Assembly (NCBI RefSeq): GCF_964355755.1
Contig: NC_092678.1
Location: forward strand, 14,596,371-14,660,370
Origin: Antedon mediterranea
Lineage: Eukaryota; Animalia; Echinodermata
Direction of reading: 5' to 3'
DNA length: 64,000 nucleotides
Shown here piece by piece: positions 41,241-54,569 of the stretch (positions are counted from its first letter, which is position 1; each line of letters begins with the position of its first letter). Made by a program: the position numbers and the translations under genes. The notes under the pieces were generated by a model, which was given only the letters and a program-made list of their open reading frames with translations, was not told where the DNA came from and searched no databases.

Positions 41241-41686
41241 ACCTACATATTTTTATTTATCTATATTTATATTTAAGTTGGTAACTCCGTTTGTTTTTGT
41301 CCTTTTTCTCGTCTTGTTGTAGCTGTTCAAGAGTCGCTTATATTCGGCAAACAAGATTTTTTCAATCTGGCTCGCAAATTTAGTAGGCCTTTAACAGTAC
41401 CGGTTCCCATTTCCTTATTAATGATCAAACTATCAAGTTATCTAAAACTTTCAGAGTTTCTAACTGCATTTCACCGAGCCTAATAATGGAGTTTGTGTAT
41501 TCATGTTTTCAGTTGTTACATTATATAACAGTATTTCATTTCATTATTTATTCGGTCTATTTTAATATATACTTAATAAAAATGGGCCAACCTACATAAA
41601 CTTAATCACTGTAGCGGATCCGGTTGACCCAACCCCAAAGTTAGTTATAAGACTTATTATATTTGATGTTTATGACTTCTTCACAG

Positions 41687-41791
41687 AATGGATACACGCC
41701 GATCAATATTTATCTGAAGCATGATGATGTTAAATTAGAGATATTGTTCTGTCTGATAACCAATGCTGTATCCCCCACATTTAAAAAAGAG
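41687..41791 (+). CDS. Ankyrin-repeat exon B3 (NGYTPINIYLKHDDVKLEILFCLITNAVSPTFKKE)
   Basis: TTCTTCACAG acceptor, 105 nt, GAG|GTAATT donor; contained in ORF 41663..41947. Confidence 0.85.
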
Positions 41792-42086
41792 GTAATTCGA
41801 CAAAAAAAATGTAAATTGAAAAAGAGCATACTGGTAATAGTACACGTATGCCTAATAAAACTCATTTTTTGCTTCGTTTTTGTTCATCATAATATTACCT
41901 TCAAGTGTAAGGAGGTAATGTACTGTATGTTGTTTAATTATTATTAACATGATGCAACTGCTCTTTGTATAATTAATACATTTTAGCTCATTTCGATTAA
42001 TTTGATTTAGTTATCCATGTTGCATAATACATCGAAGAAAAATATTTATTCAGTAAATATATAACATTTTTTTAAATTTTGTTTAG

Positions 42087-42197
42087 GAAGGAAGCAATGC
42101 TCTACATGTACATCTAAGTGGTAGATATGTTAAACCTACGTTAGAAATAGTGGCTTATCTCATTAAGCTTGGTGTATCTCCAACATTAGAGAATAAG
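42087..42197 (+). CDS. Ankyrin-repeat exon A4 (EGSNALHVHLSGRYVKPTLEIVAYLIKLGVSPTLENK)
   Basis: TTTGTTTAG acceptor, 111 nt, AAG|GTAATG donor. Confidence 0.85.
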
Positions 42198-42500
42198 GTA
42201 ATGTACATAAGAGTGGGCCTTTATTCCCGTGATCTAACCTTGTGTAATTATCGTGTGGGACTCAAAAACATCTCAGATCACGAGTGTGATGTTTATAACT
42301 CTATACCTGCACAAGAGTGGTTACAGCAAGCAAATACAGTTTTACACCTGTAACGTTCGTGGAACCGAGATTATGCAACTGCTCTTTGTATAATTAATAC
42401 ATTTTAGCTCATTTCGATTAATTTGATTTAGTTTTCCATGTTGCATCAAAGAAAAATATTTATTTAGTAAATATATAACATTTTTTTACATTTTGTTTAG

Positions 42501-42611
42501 GAAGGAAGCAATGTTCTACATGTACATCTAAGTGGTAGATATGTTAAACCTACGTTAGAAATAGTAGCTTATCTCATTAAGCTTGGTGTATCTCCAACAT
42601 TAGAGAATAAG
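42501..42611 (+). CDS. Ankyrin-repeat exon A5 (EGSNVLHVHLSGRYVKPTLEIVAYLIKLGVSPTLENK), recent tandem copy of A4
   Basis: Same splice sites as A4; lies in the second copy of a ~420-bp tandem duplication. Confidence 0.8.
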
Positions 42612-42829
42612 GTAATGTACAAAAGAGTTGGCCTATATTCCCGTGATCTAACCTTGTGTAATTATCGTGTGGGACTCAAAAACATCTCAGATCACGAGTG
42701 TGATGTTTATAACTCTATACCTGCACAAGAGTGGTTACAGCAAGCAAATACAGTTTGACACCTGTAACGTTCGTGGAACCGAGATTAAATCTCTAAATGG
42801 GTAATGAAAAAAAATATTTTTGTAATGAG

Positions 42830-43430
42830 TAGATGGTACGCTTGATTCGCTCGCGTACAATCTAGGTCTTTCCAACAGATGGTTCTCGAATACACAGTAA
42901 TTTCAGCAAATGTACGTAACGAAGGACTATAATAGTTATTGTCGTTTACAGAAACAAATAAATACACATGATAATCTATGTACAGGTAGTCAGCTAAAAT
43001 TAGCACCCTGAGAATTACTTTCGAAAGAGAAACTCGTCACAAAATATTTCAAAATTTTTGATTTGGATTCATTTAAACAAACCCAATTTGTGTTTTGTGT
43101 CTGTATGGGTATAAAGAAGAACAATTTTTAAATATATCCTACCCACTCAGTAACGAAATATTCGTTTCATATTTTATAGGCCTATAAATAATATACCACT
43201 AAATACAATAAAACATTTGCGATTTGATACTTTGTTAAAACTGTCACTGTTGTAGTCGATTGAAATAGTAAAGTACATGTAACGATACACCACTACGACG
43301 TTTATATATTTTGTAATTATTAATTAATATAAAGGTTAAGGAGCAACTGTCATTAATAAAGTTTATTTATATATTATATGTTTATAATCTAACAGTAAGG
43401 GCAACACACACTCACAGTTATAACGTTTAT
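42830..43430 (-). mobile_element. Helitron-like element fragment, paralogue of 60593-63140
   Basis: Degenerate TAGATGGTACGC..GCGTACAATCTAG hairpin; 43120-43420 matches 62150-62440. Confidence 0.5.
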
Positions 43431-43469
43431 TTGTATATTTGTTTATATTTTGCGATTCAAATGCCGATC

Positions 43470-44420
43470 AAAAGCGGTTAATACATATTTACAGTATTTT
43501 CTCTTACATACTTGATTAGTTGAAGACTAATATGTGATACATGACCATCTAGTACTAGAAGCACAGGGCGAATAGCACCAACATGGTGAACAAAACACTT
43601 TCTAAACCACATGTCAATAAACACAGTATCGATGAATGATGATTTGCTGACACCAAAGAAAAAATCGGCAGGAGCATTCTGCATCAACGAATCGCTCAGT
43701 CATTGGCCTTTAAAAATGATAAAGGGTGGCAAATAACGCCCCGCAACATTTGCACATTCTAGCACCGTTACATGTTCACTTCTATCTCCACTTGTTTTAT
43801 ACTGAACAGTTCTCTTTCCTTTTTTACTAACAATCTTTGATTGATTGTTCACCAAACTAAGTCCGGTTTCATCGACTTTATATATATATATGATGGCTTG
43901 TTCTTTAAATCCAATGTATCCATTAATTAATTCAGCTTGTCAAAATGCCTGCGCATCACGGATGGATTAAGCACACCCCATTATATGCTCTTGCGGAAGA
44001 AAAAAAACTTCTGGTTTTCTCAAAGAAAGTTCTGGATGGCGCTCACGATACTCACAGAACCAATCATATCCAGCCTGTTGTTTTAATTTATTGAGATGGT
44101 CGTCCTGTTAATTCCATCATCTGATAAGCTAACCGGCACACATCATCTAATGTCAATCCAAAGTCAACACTTTCCATATGTATAATGTAATTGTTTAGTT
44201 CTGTTTTTTCACTTGCAGTTAATACAGTTGCTTTTGATGCAGAAGAAGTGACATTCTCTTTACCCGATAAACGTCTGCAATGTTGTTTTCGGAACGCCAT
44301 ACTGCTTTGCTGCAGCCCTAAAAGACAACTGCCAGCTTTTACTGCTTCATACGCTTCCTGCATAGATTGCTTGTTCTATTTTCCAAGCTTTGGAGTCCAC
44401 CTTTTTTCTCTTGTCATTAC
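43470..44420 (-). mobile_element. pogo-like (Tc1/mariner, DDE_1) transposase remnant
   Basis: HTH-psq-like MQEAYEAVKAG, AGYDWF, VDETG, ANVAG..LPPFIIFKG and RPVLLVLDGHVSH motifs, frameshifted. Confidence 0.85.
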
Positions 44421-45442
44421 TATAGATAAAAATATTATTATTAAAAAATATTTATATGAAAAGTAAATATGATAATAAAAACAGAATTTCAATTACCAAA
44501 CATCATTTTAAGAACCAAAACAAATTATATTTCTTAAAATGTCTCAAAGTAAACTACTGTTGTGGTGATAGAGAAAAAACATAGAAAATGTATACACATA
44601 TAATAATTAACGTGGGGTAAATAAGACGCCTTATTTAAAATAAAACTATATAATTGAAAACATATCTGAAATCCTTAACAAATTTAATTTGGTTTCAAAT
44701 GGATATTTAATAAATAAATGTTAACTTTTTGGTTAAACCAGTTGACATGTACTTACTTGCTACGTTTCAGCTACGTTCACGCAAATGACGTTGACATGAT
44801 GTTCTGTCATTCGTCATAGTTCGGTGATTGACATAAAATATGTCACTTAATATGAAGACACAACATTTACAATGTCAATAACTATGATTTTGAAACTTAA
44901 CCTTAATTTTAAAATAAAAAGAAAATGTAACTTATCCATAGGCCTTGTTAACGAACAACAAGGAAGGCCACACACGCCTGGCAAGCACACAGTGGACAAA
45001 AAAACTATTAGAATCGGCCAAAAATAAGGTTAAATCGTATAAATATAAAAGAAAATAAAAACACAACAATCCACAAATATAATAATGATTGATTTCAGAT
45101 GAAATAAAATATAATTTAGAATCAATATTTGGTAAAATTAGGTATATTTTCTAAACGGGAACACGGCATGCAATACCTCATTATACACAATTGTTTGTAT
45201 GTGCAAATTTTATTGTGTTCTCTGCTTTAACAATAGAGGGGATAATCCTGTTTAAAGTAACATTGCAAACGAGAATCAACAGACAATCGATATAATTGAG
45301 TATACATTCACAGCATAATATGCACCAGCAAACCCTTTTATTTAAAATTGTTATGATTATTTATCATTACTTAAATATAATTATTTGCTCTAAAGATCTG
45401 TTTGTTGTATCTTGATTATACATTTTTTTTTACATGTTTTGT

Positions 45443-45514
45443 TCTAATAAGCCTACCTTAAAAATAGTAAATTATTTCACGAAGAAAGGTGCAACAGTAA
45501 CAGCACCAAATAAG
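45443..45514 (+). pseudogene. 5'-deleted type-C ankyrin exon remnant (SNKPTLKIVNYFTKKGATVTAPNK)
   Basis: Matches the 3' two-thirds of exon C1 with AAG|GTAACT donor; acceptor and GNTPLH part missing; preceded by C-type upstream intron sequence (~45280-45420). Confidence 0.7.
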
Positions 45515-47733
45515 GTAACTTATAAGCAAATGATATTTTTCAAAAGGTAATTGAGAAGAACTGAAATGTGTACAGAAAGAGCTGAAGCCTGCTATACGTT
45601 AACAAAAACCCTCTTAGTACCAAATTCCCGAGAGAGAGAGCCATTTCCCCTCAACCGAATTCTTTTTAGAACAGCATTTTTATAGTACTCCAGGGAGTTG
45701 ACATTTTTAAAACAGTAATTTCATCATTTTATCATAAATGTATGAAAATATGTTTCTAAAAACAAATATTCCTTATTAAATTTCCTGTAAAATGATGTAT
45801 AATGAATATTTGTATGATTTATTTTTATTTATGAAATGTATGAATTAAAAAAAATAAAATTTTTAAATAAAATTTCCAAGAAATTGCTTGAAAAAAATCG
45901 TATAAAAACGATAATAAAATGATATTTAGAAAACCCCAAGAAACAAATATTTATAATACATACCTATAAATGTACATTTACTTGAACAAAAGTAATAATA
46001 GGAGAGTTAGATACCAGTTATTTTATTCAAATAAACCGCCATCGTATAATTTTAGCCTAGGCACAATCAAACCATCCTATCACCATCGTTAGTCTGAGCA
46101 TGCCCACTACAAGCAAGTTGCTCAGGCGAGTAAATTCTGACAACCTGCTGCATGGGCCTACAAAAAATTCTTCTCGCGTTGCACATTTCAACAAAGGAGT
46201 CAGTATTTACGGTTGTCTGACTAGATACGGGAAACGTGTAATCCACAAACAACGTAATTTTGATTAATTAATCAGTTTTTAATTAATATTTCCAAAAGAT
46301 TTTCCTATAGCGAAAATGTCTTCGTTGACATTTTTGGAAAGTAAATTTTACGCTTGATCGAATAAAAGCTATCCCAGAATCCTCAGACAAGCAGAAGTTA
46401 GTGATTATCGCCCTCAGAATGTACGTTTGGTGTCTAACGCTTACTAGGGGTGTTCAACGCATGTCCCCAGGGGTTTCAAACGCCGCCCGTGGCACTCCAA
46501 AAAGCTAATACAAACGGAAACATTGAAAATAATTTTGTTAGTAATGATCTGAAAAAGATTGATTATGAAGGATCGAATATTAAAAATAAAACTAAAAACA
46601 TGATAACCATCAATAGATTATGCAAATGAATTAAACTTCTTAATAGATTTGGCAATAATGATTTAAAAAAAAAATTAAGTTATAGCTATTAATTAGCTCG
46701 TAGGATTTTGATAGTGAATTTGATCTATTTGAATATGTCAACTTCATTATCAAAGATTTCTTGTTAATTATGTAAAACTAATGAACATAAAGTCTTTGAG
46801 TTATTCGGAAAGTTAAAACATTTCAAGCCACCGAGCCCTGATATTATGCAATCCAAGATACTTAAAGCATGTGTTTCTCAATTATCCGGGTATATTTACA
46901 GTCATTTTTAATACAAGAAGATTTTTTTCTGAATTTTTCTTAAGGTATTAGGTAGAAAAATTACCAGATATAATTCAATATCAATTGTTATATTTAATAC
47001 GTCTTTGTAAAACAATCATTTCATCAGACTTGTTCAGACTTTTGTAAATATTTTATATACTAGATAAATAAAAATAAATGAGATGGAAATAACACAGATC
47101 TTGTCTTGTTAAGTATAATCTTTTTAAAGGACCATCACTCTCTTAAGCGACCACTACCCCTTTATTTAATGTAGTGACCAGCTGTTTTAAAGAACCACCA
47201 CTTTTGTAATCGTCAATCTCTTTTAAAAGATCAAAACTCGTAAGAAAGGTGGTTGCTTACGTTGTATGAGTCAGATAATAGTTTAAAGGACATTGGAAAC
47301 AATAATCAATTCAAATATACACTTAAAAAACATATTCTAAATTGCAATTTTAACTGATTTGCTTGTTAATTAAGATTGTTGATGTTTTTTTTATGTTGGG
47401 GACCCCTATGGAAAAAAGTTATATAGCTTATAGAGTTATCCTCTTCTTCTCGTCCTGTCATTTGTTTATATGTATTTGTAATACAGTATTATTGAATGAG
47501 CAACAAATATAATATAAACAAACGTTCTGCCATTCATTATAAATGTTATAAGGATACAATTTCCTGACAGAAGTATGGGTATTTCTGTATCTGAATTGTT
47601 TTTGAACACAATATGTCTTATAAAATACACGTTGCATCAGCCTAAAAAACAACAACCAATTACCTTATCAGTTGTGTCTAACAGTATCATTTATAAGAAT
47701 CATTATTTTTTTATGTTTATAATTTCTTCACAG

Positions 47734-47838
47734 AATGGATACACACCGATACATTCTTATCTGAAGCGTGATGATGTTAAATTAGAGATATTGTTCTGTC
47801 TGATAACTAATGGTGTATCACCCACAATACCAAACGAG
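47734..47838 (+). CDS. Ankyrin-repeat exon B4 (NGYTPIHSYLKRDDVKLEILFCLITNGVSPTIPNE)
   Basis: TTCTTCACAG acceptor, 105 nt, GAG|GTAATT donor. Confidence 0.85.
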
Positions 47839-48087
47839 GTAATTCGACAAAAAAATTTAAATTGAAATAGTATGGCATATTGGTAATAGTACAAATATGC
47901 TTAATGATAATTATTATTTTTGCTTCGTTTTTTACCTTCAAACGTAAGAAGGTATTGTACTGTATGTTTATTATTAACATAATGCAAATTCTCTTGGTAT
48001 AAATAATACATTTTAGCTCCTTTTGAATAATTTGATTTAAAAATATTTATTTATTAAAAATATAACATTTTTGATTTATTTTTTTAG

Positions 48088-48198
48088 GAAGGTAGCAATG
48101 CTCTACATGTACATCTAAGTGGTAGATATGTTAAACCTACGTTAGAAATAGTGACTTATCTCATTAAGCTTGGTGTATCTCCAACATTAGAGAATAAG
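48088..48198 (+). CDS. Ankyrin-repeat exon A6 (EGSNALHVHLSGRYVKPTLEIVTYLIKLGVSPTLENK)
   Basis: TTTTTTAG acceptor, 111 nt, AAG|GTAATG donor. Confidence 0.85.
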
Positions 48199-49012
48199 GT
48201 AATGTACATAAGAGTGGCCATATATTCCCGTGATCTAACATTGTGTTATTATCGGGTGGGACTCAAACACACCTCAGATCACGAGTATGGTGTTGTTCAT
48301 AACTCTATACCTGCACAAGAGTGGTTATAGCAAGCAAATAAAGTTGGAAATCACTAACTTTCGTGGTACCGAGATTAAATCTCTAAATAGAAAATGAAAA
48401 TATATATTGTGTTAATTATCCGCATCGTTTGTTTAATTAAATGTGTTATTGTATAAAATAAGTACGTGTGAATTATAATGAACTTGAGAAAAAAGTGCCT
48501 TACGTACGTCTTCATTATTATGTAATAATATATCTTGATTTCACATAGCATAAGGTAATAGGGATAGAGATAATTCATATACTAGATAAAAAAAATAAGA
48601 TGGAAATAAAACAGATCAATTAAAATATATTGACTTTACCTCTTGTTAGATATCATCCTTTAAAAAACCATCACCTCCCTTAAGCGACCACTACCTCTTT
48701 ATTTAATTTAGTGACCACCTTTTTTAAAGAACCACCACCTCTTGTAAGCGTCCATCTTTTTTAAAAGATCACCACACGTAAGAAAGGTGGTTGCTTACGA
48801 TGTATGAGTCACATAATAGCTTAAAGGACATTGGAGACCGTAATCAATTCAAACATACACTCAAAACATCTTCTGCATTGCAACTTATGATTAAGTAGGA
48901 TTTGCTTGTTAATTAATATTGTTTATGTATATTTCTTTTTTATATCGGGAACCCATATGGAAACAAGCCATAGAGCTTATAGAGTTATCCTCTTGCTCTC
49001 ATATTGTCATTT

Positions 49013-49103
<91 letters not shown>

Positions 49104-49104
49104 A

Positions 49105-49832
49105 ATAAAATAACAGCAGAAAACTTGGTTACTTCATTGTTTTAATCACTACATATTTGTTTCGTACGACCAGCATGTAGCTGGCCGCACTCTTCAGGTG
49201 AAATATAAAACATAAGTGACACAGTTGTCTCATAGTGCTTAATACAAGTGAGTCATCAGGAAGTCGTATACAATAGCCTATTGTTTTAGATAAACTGTTT
49301 GGATCTGTAATTTAGTAAGAATTTTTTCCTATGTCTACAAGTAGAGACTAACTCGTTCTTACGGTTCAGTGAGCATAGCTCTGGTTGACATATAATAACA
49401 TACTTTTCATATATACATAAATTATATCTTTTGTTAATATTTGAGTAAGGTTTGCATTTCTTTATAATTTTCCATTTAATTGAGTAATTTGTTTTAGAGT
49501 CTTTAAGTGTCCATATATATTTACTGAGTTCCGTTGCTTTTCTTAGTTTTTCGTTCCGGAATGAAGACGTATGGTTTCTGTATCTGGTTTAAAAATGGTT
49601 TTCAGTTAGTCCGACATATGTTTCTTCTTTTGATGAATCTTCTCTCTTTACTGTAGCTTGGTAAACTACACCTTTTCTTAGGCAGTTACCTGGGAGCGGG
49701 CATTCATTGGGATTATGGCAGTTACATCCGCTTGTTTTCGCGTTGGTTTCAGTAGACTTTTCTATTATTTTCTTTTATGCTCTACCTTGGTATTGAGCAC
49801 TCTATCCAAACGGTCTGAAAATTTCAACCTGA

Positions 49833-49833
<1 letters not shown>
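49105..49833 (-). mobile_element. Penelope-like element 3' part (GIY-YIG endonuclease remnant) between (TA)n tracts
   Basis: CNC..ECPLPGNCL..VVYQATV..YVGLTE..TELSKYIWTLK..WKII..LCIYEK..LNRKNELVSTCRH on the minus strand. Confidence 0.85.
49146..49201 (-). ncRNA. Type I hammerhead ribozyme
   Basis: UCAC-CUGAAGA-GUGCGGCCAGC(UACAU)GCUGGUCGUAC-GAAAC-AAAUAU-GUA-GUGA. Confidence 0.85.
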
Positions 49834-49916
<83 letters not shown>

Positions 49917-49921
<5 letters not shown>

Positions 49922-52880
49922 AGGCGTGGTACAAGAGCTGGGCGTGACAAACACACTAAAAACAATCTATCATTTCCGGACTTATCATCAAACTCTCTCT
50001 TATCTAAAAACAATATTAAATTTTGCAGTATTAATACAAGATCCGTTCGGAACAAAACAACATAATTTGTGGATTTCGTTATCGAACATAATCTGGATGT
50101 TGTTGCCCTTTCGGAAACGTGGCTTAAACCAGAAGACACATCAGTTATAGGAAATATTACACCCAACGGATACTCTCTCAAACATGCTCCCCGTGCTGGT
50201 ACTAAAAGAGGTGGTGGAGTTGCACTTCTTTACAAGGAAAGCATAGCGGTTAAATGTTATGACACGGGATTATTACCAAAATCATTTGAACTGCTAAATG
50301 TGGAAATAGTCAGCAATGCATCCTCAGTTTTCCTCGTAGCAGTATATCGTCCTCAAAGCAAATCAACGGGTTGCAGTCTAAATGTTTTCACTGAAGAATT
50401 CTCAACTTTGGTTGATCACTATGTATTGAAGCCGGCTCCCATACTATTCGTTGGAGACTTTAACATCCATGTGGATATGCCAAATGATGCAGATGCAATT
50501 CATTTTCGGAATCTACTTGTAGCAAGCAGTCTTCAACAGCATGTGTCTACACCTACACACCGACATGGTCATACATTAGACTTGCTGATCACTCGTTCAT
50601 CTGATCCTCCTGTTTTCTCAAACCTTAATGTCATTGATAGTATATCAGATCCATCGAAACTCGTCATTGGAATGCTATAAATTTTGAGACATTATGTAAA
50701 GATATCACACAGTCTGATCTCGGAACTTCGCTCTCAAATCTTGATTTATCAAGTAAAGTACGACTATATGTCACCACTTTGAGTGAACTTCTTGACAAAC
50801 ACGCACCACCGAAAAAGAGAACAGTAAAGGTCCGACCAAACACTAGTTGGTATAACAGTGACATCTATGCTGAGAAAAGAACAAAGCGTAAGCTTGAAAA
50901 GAAATGGAGAATCTCTCATCTGGAAATAGATCGTCAAGCTTACATTGCACAGAAGAGGAATGTAAATTCCATGGTAAGAAAGGCAAAGGCCAACTACTAC
51001 ATTGGCTTGTGTGAAGAACATGCAGCAGATCAGAAAGGACTTTTTAAAATTGTTAACCAACTCCTTCATCATCGCCAGGTATCACCTCTCCCAGATAGTC
51101 TTTCTGACTTAGATCTTGCGAACAGGTTCTGTCAGTTTTTCACAGACAAGATCAAGATCATCAGAGACGACTTCAAGATTGATGACATGTCATTTAATGA
51201 GCCTGTGACAGCTGTTCATCAGCATCTCACAACATTTACACCAGCATCTCAAGATGAGATCCGCAACATTCTGATGAAATCACCAACAAAATCATGCAGG
51301 TTAGATCCAGTTCCTACTTCTATACTGAAGAAGTGTATAGACGCAGTCGTTCCAATAATAACGGAAATCATTAACCATTCTCTTAATACCGGCATAGTGC
51401 CAGATGAACTGAAAATTGCTCACGTTCGTCCTTTAATAAAAAAGCAAAACTTGGATCATAACACGCTGAAAAATTACCGCCCGGTGTCGAATCTTTCTTT
51501 TCTTGGAAAGACTCTGGAGCGTGTAGTGACATCACGCATTACTCCATATCTTCAAAAGCATAATTTAAATGAGAATTACCAGTCGGCATATCGTGCATGT
51601 CATAGCACGGAGAGTTCCCTTTTAAAGGTACAGAATGATTTGTTACAAGGAATGAATGATGGGAAAATAACGCTATTGGTGTTGTTGGATTTGTCAGCAG
51701 CGTTTGATACAGTTGATCACCAAAGACTGATAACCCGTCTGAGAAATCGCATTGGCATAAATGGTGTTGCTCTTAACTGGTTCCAGTCATATCTTACAGG
51801 AAGACGTCAGCTAGTCTGTATCAATGATGCATTCTCAGATGAAGCTTGCCTTGTATATGGTGTACCACAGGGGTCAGTAATTGGGCCTGGCCAGTTTTCC
51901 ATTTATACGCTTCCCCTTGGTGACATTATTCGCAAACACAGTCTACATTTCCATTTCTATGCAGATGATACACAGATTTATGTGTCAGTAAATCCAGTGC
52001 AAAGGGATGTTGCTGCAGCAATCAGTAAGATGGAAGCCTGTATAGAAGATGTTCGCAATTGGATGACAACAAATTACCTAAAGTTGAATGATGGAAAGAC
52101 AGAGTTTATTATCGTCGGGTCTAAATGTAACATCTCCAAAATCAACATCACACATATCAGAATCGGAAACTCTAACATCGCTCCCTCATCGGTGGTCCGG
52201 AATCTGGGAATCATGCTGGATAGTAATCTCACTATGGAAGCACAAATAACAACTGTATCCAAAGCAGCATGCATATCGATTAGGAACCTTGGTCGTATTC
52301 GCGGTAATCTTAACAAGAAAACAGCTGAATTGATTGTACACTCATTTGTCACTTCTAAAATTGACATTGGTAATGCCTTGTTGTTTGGCATACCAAATTC
52401 TCAAATACAACGTTTGCAGCGCTTGCAAAATATGGCAGCTAGAATTGTAACTTATACAAAATCAAACGCTCACATAACTCCTGTCCTGATGGATTTGCAT
52501 TGGTTGCCTGTTCAACAACGTATTAAGTACAAACTTGCGTTGTTTGTATTCAAGATCCTAAATGACAGTGCTCCTGCTTATTTATCTGACCTTGTGGATC
52601 GTTACGAATCATCCCGCAGAGGCCTACGATCATTGTCACAAAACCTTCTTCAAGAGCGTAGAGCGAAAAATCAGTGGGGTCAGAGATCTTTTTACGTTGC
52701 GGCCGCAAGTGTATGGAACAGCTTACCAGCAACAGTTAAATGCTCAACTAGTCTAAACAGTTTCAAGACCAACCTAAAGACGTCGCTATTCGCTGATGTT
52801 CTCGCACGTTGTTAATGCACAAAGCGCCATGAGCGCCACATGGGTGGAGGATACCGGCGCTATATAAGTTTTCATTTATT

Positions 52881-52897
<17 letters not shown>
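49917..52897 (+). mobile_element. L2-clade LINE ORF2 (APE 50069..50680 + RT 50779..52815), apparent internal deletion/frameshift near 50650
   Basis: LSETWL, GDFNIH, HTLDL; LLDLSAAFDTVDH, GVPQGS, FYADD, LHWLPV; 3' GCGCC..GGATAC..GGCGC stem and (TTA)n tail; inserted in (TA)n. Confidence 0.95.
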
Positions 52898-52925
<28 letters not shown>

Positions 52926-53095
52926 TCAGGTTGACATTTTCAGACCGTTTGGATATCTCTACCAAGCTACCTTCTTTGTTTTCCACTCATATTCAGACTC
53001 CACCCTGGCTCCCTTTGTTATATTTCTTTTATTCCTGTCCATCCAGGCAGCACTTGCCAGCTTTATACTCTGACGTTATCCAAATTCCTTCACTT

Positions 53096-53132
53096 GCACT
53101 GATGAAGGGCTAGTGTTGCCCGAAAGCTCTGC
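53096..53132 (+). ncRNA. Minimal hammerhead ribozyme in a Penelope pLTR-like insert (52925-53260)
   Basis: GCA-CUGAUGA-A-GGGC(UAGUGUU)GCCC-GAAAG-CUC-UGC. Confidence 0.75.
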
Positions 53133-53256
53133 TAACTTTTCTGGCTGTTTACTTTATCGTTTTGATTTAGCTTTCCGCTTTTTATTTTTGTATCTCCATT
53201 GAGATCCAGCCACTGATACCCACATCATTGTCATTTTTTCTGTAATTTGCCTTTGG

Positions 53257-53544
<288 letters not shown>

Positions 53545-53640
53545 GTTCGGTTCAATGTAACCGTCTAAAAAGTGCTCAATATGGTAAAGTAGAGCTAAAA
53601 TATAAGTTAAGTCTGGAAAAGAAGTAAAAACTACAGTTTG

Positions 53641-53689
53641 GTCTCTACAGGCTTGTTTCGTGAGTCGTGCAACTCACTCATCAGGAGAC
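53641..53689 (-). ncRNA. Type I hammerhead ribozyme
   Basis: GUCUC-CUGAUGA-GUGAGUU(GCAC)GACUCAC-GAAAC-AAGCCU-GUA-GAGAC. Confidence 0.85.
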
Positions 53690-53985
53690 TATAATGAGAA
53701 GAATCAATTACAACGTTGCTTATAAGTACACTACAGTTTTGATGAATGAGAAATAAATATAAACCAAACAAACGTTCTGCCATTCCTTATAATTGTTATA
53801 ATAATACATTTTCCTAAAAGAAGTATGATTATTTCTGTATCTGAAGTGTTTTGTGAACACTATATATCTTATAATATCCATGTTGCATCAGCCATAAAAA
53901 CAACAACAAATAATCATGTTATCAGTTGTGTCGTCAGTATCATTCAAAGGAATGATTATGTTTGATGTTTATGATTTCTTCACAG

Positions 53986-54090
53986 AATGGATACACACCA
54001 ATCGATATTTATTTGAATCACGATGATGTTAAATTAGAGATATTGTTCTGTCTGATAACCAATGGTGTATCACCCACACTACCAAAAGAG
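53986..54090 (+). CDS. Ankyrin-repeat exon B5 (NGYTPIDIYLNHDDVKLEILFCLITNGVSPTLPKE)
   Basis: TTCTTCACAG acceptor, 105 nt, GAG|GTAATT donor. Confidence 0.85.
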
Positions 54091-54321
54091 GTAATTTGAA
54101 AAAAATGTAAATTGAAATAGTATAACATACTGGTAATAGTATGCTCAATGATAATTATTATTTTTGCATCGTTTTTACTTTCAAATGTAAGAAGGTAATG
54201 TACTGTATGTTAATTATCATTAGCATGATGCAACTTCTCTTGGTATAAATAACACATTTTAGCGACATTCGATTGATTTTATTTAAGAATATTTATTTAT
54301 TAAAAATATAATATTTTTTAG

Positions 54322-54432
54322 GAAAGAAGCACTGCTCTACATGTACACCTAAGTGGTACATATGTTAAACCTACGTTAGACATAGTGGCTTATCTCATTA
54401 AACTTGGTGTATCTCCAACATTACAGAATAAG
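54322..54432 (+). CDS. Ankyrin-repeat exon A7 (ERSTALHVHLSGTYVKPTLDIVAYLIKLGVSPTLQNK)
   Basis: TTTTTTAG acceptor, 111 nt, AAG|GTAAAG donor. Confidence 0.83.
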
Positions 54433-54569
54433 GTAAAGTACATAAGAGTGCGCCTATATTCCCGTGATCTAACATTGTGTAATTATTGGGTGGGACTCAA
54501 ACAGACCTTAGATCACGAGTATGGTGTTGTTCATAACTCTATACCGTTGAGAGAAAAGTGCCCTACGTA

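Larger units (their letters stand above)
41952..42787 (+). repeat. Recent tandem duplication (~420 bp x2) carrying exons A4 and A5
   Basis: ATGCAACTGCTCTTTG starts at 41952 and 42373; copies nearly identical. Confidence 0.92.

Noticed and set aside
49215-49265. Further hammerhead at minus-strand CUGAUGA
   Set aside because: No GAAA core after the putative stem II
48906-50181. ORFs with YIYIYI runs (also 37395 and 52840)
   Set aside because: Translations of (TA)n microsatellites
50069-52815. RT as part of a retron/DGR-like diversifier for the ankyrin exons
   Set aside because: Ordinary APE-RT L2 LINE with its own 3' tail; ankyrin copies carry introns and show no adenine-specific variation
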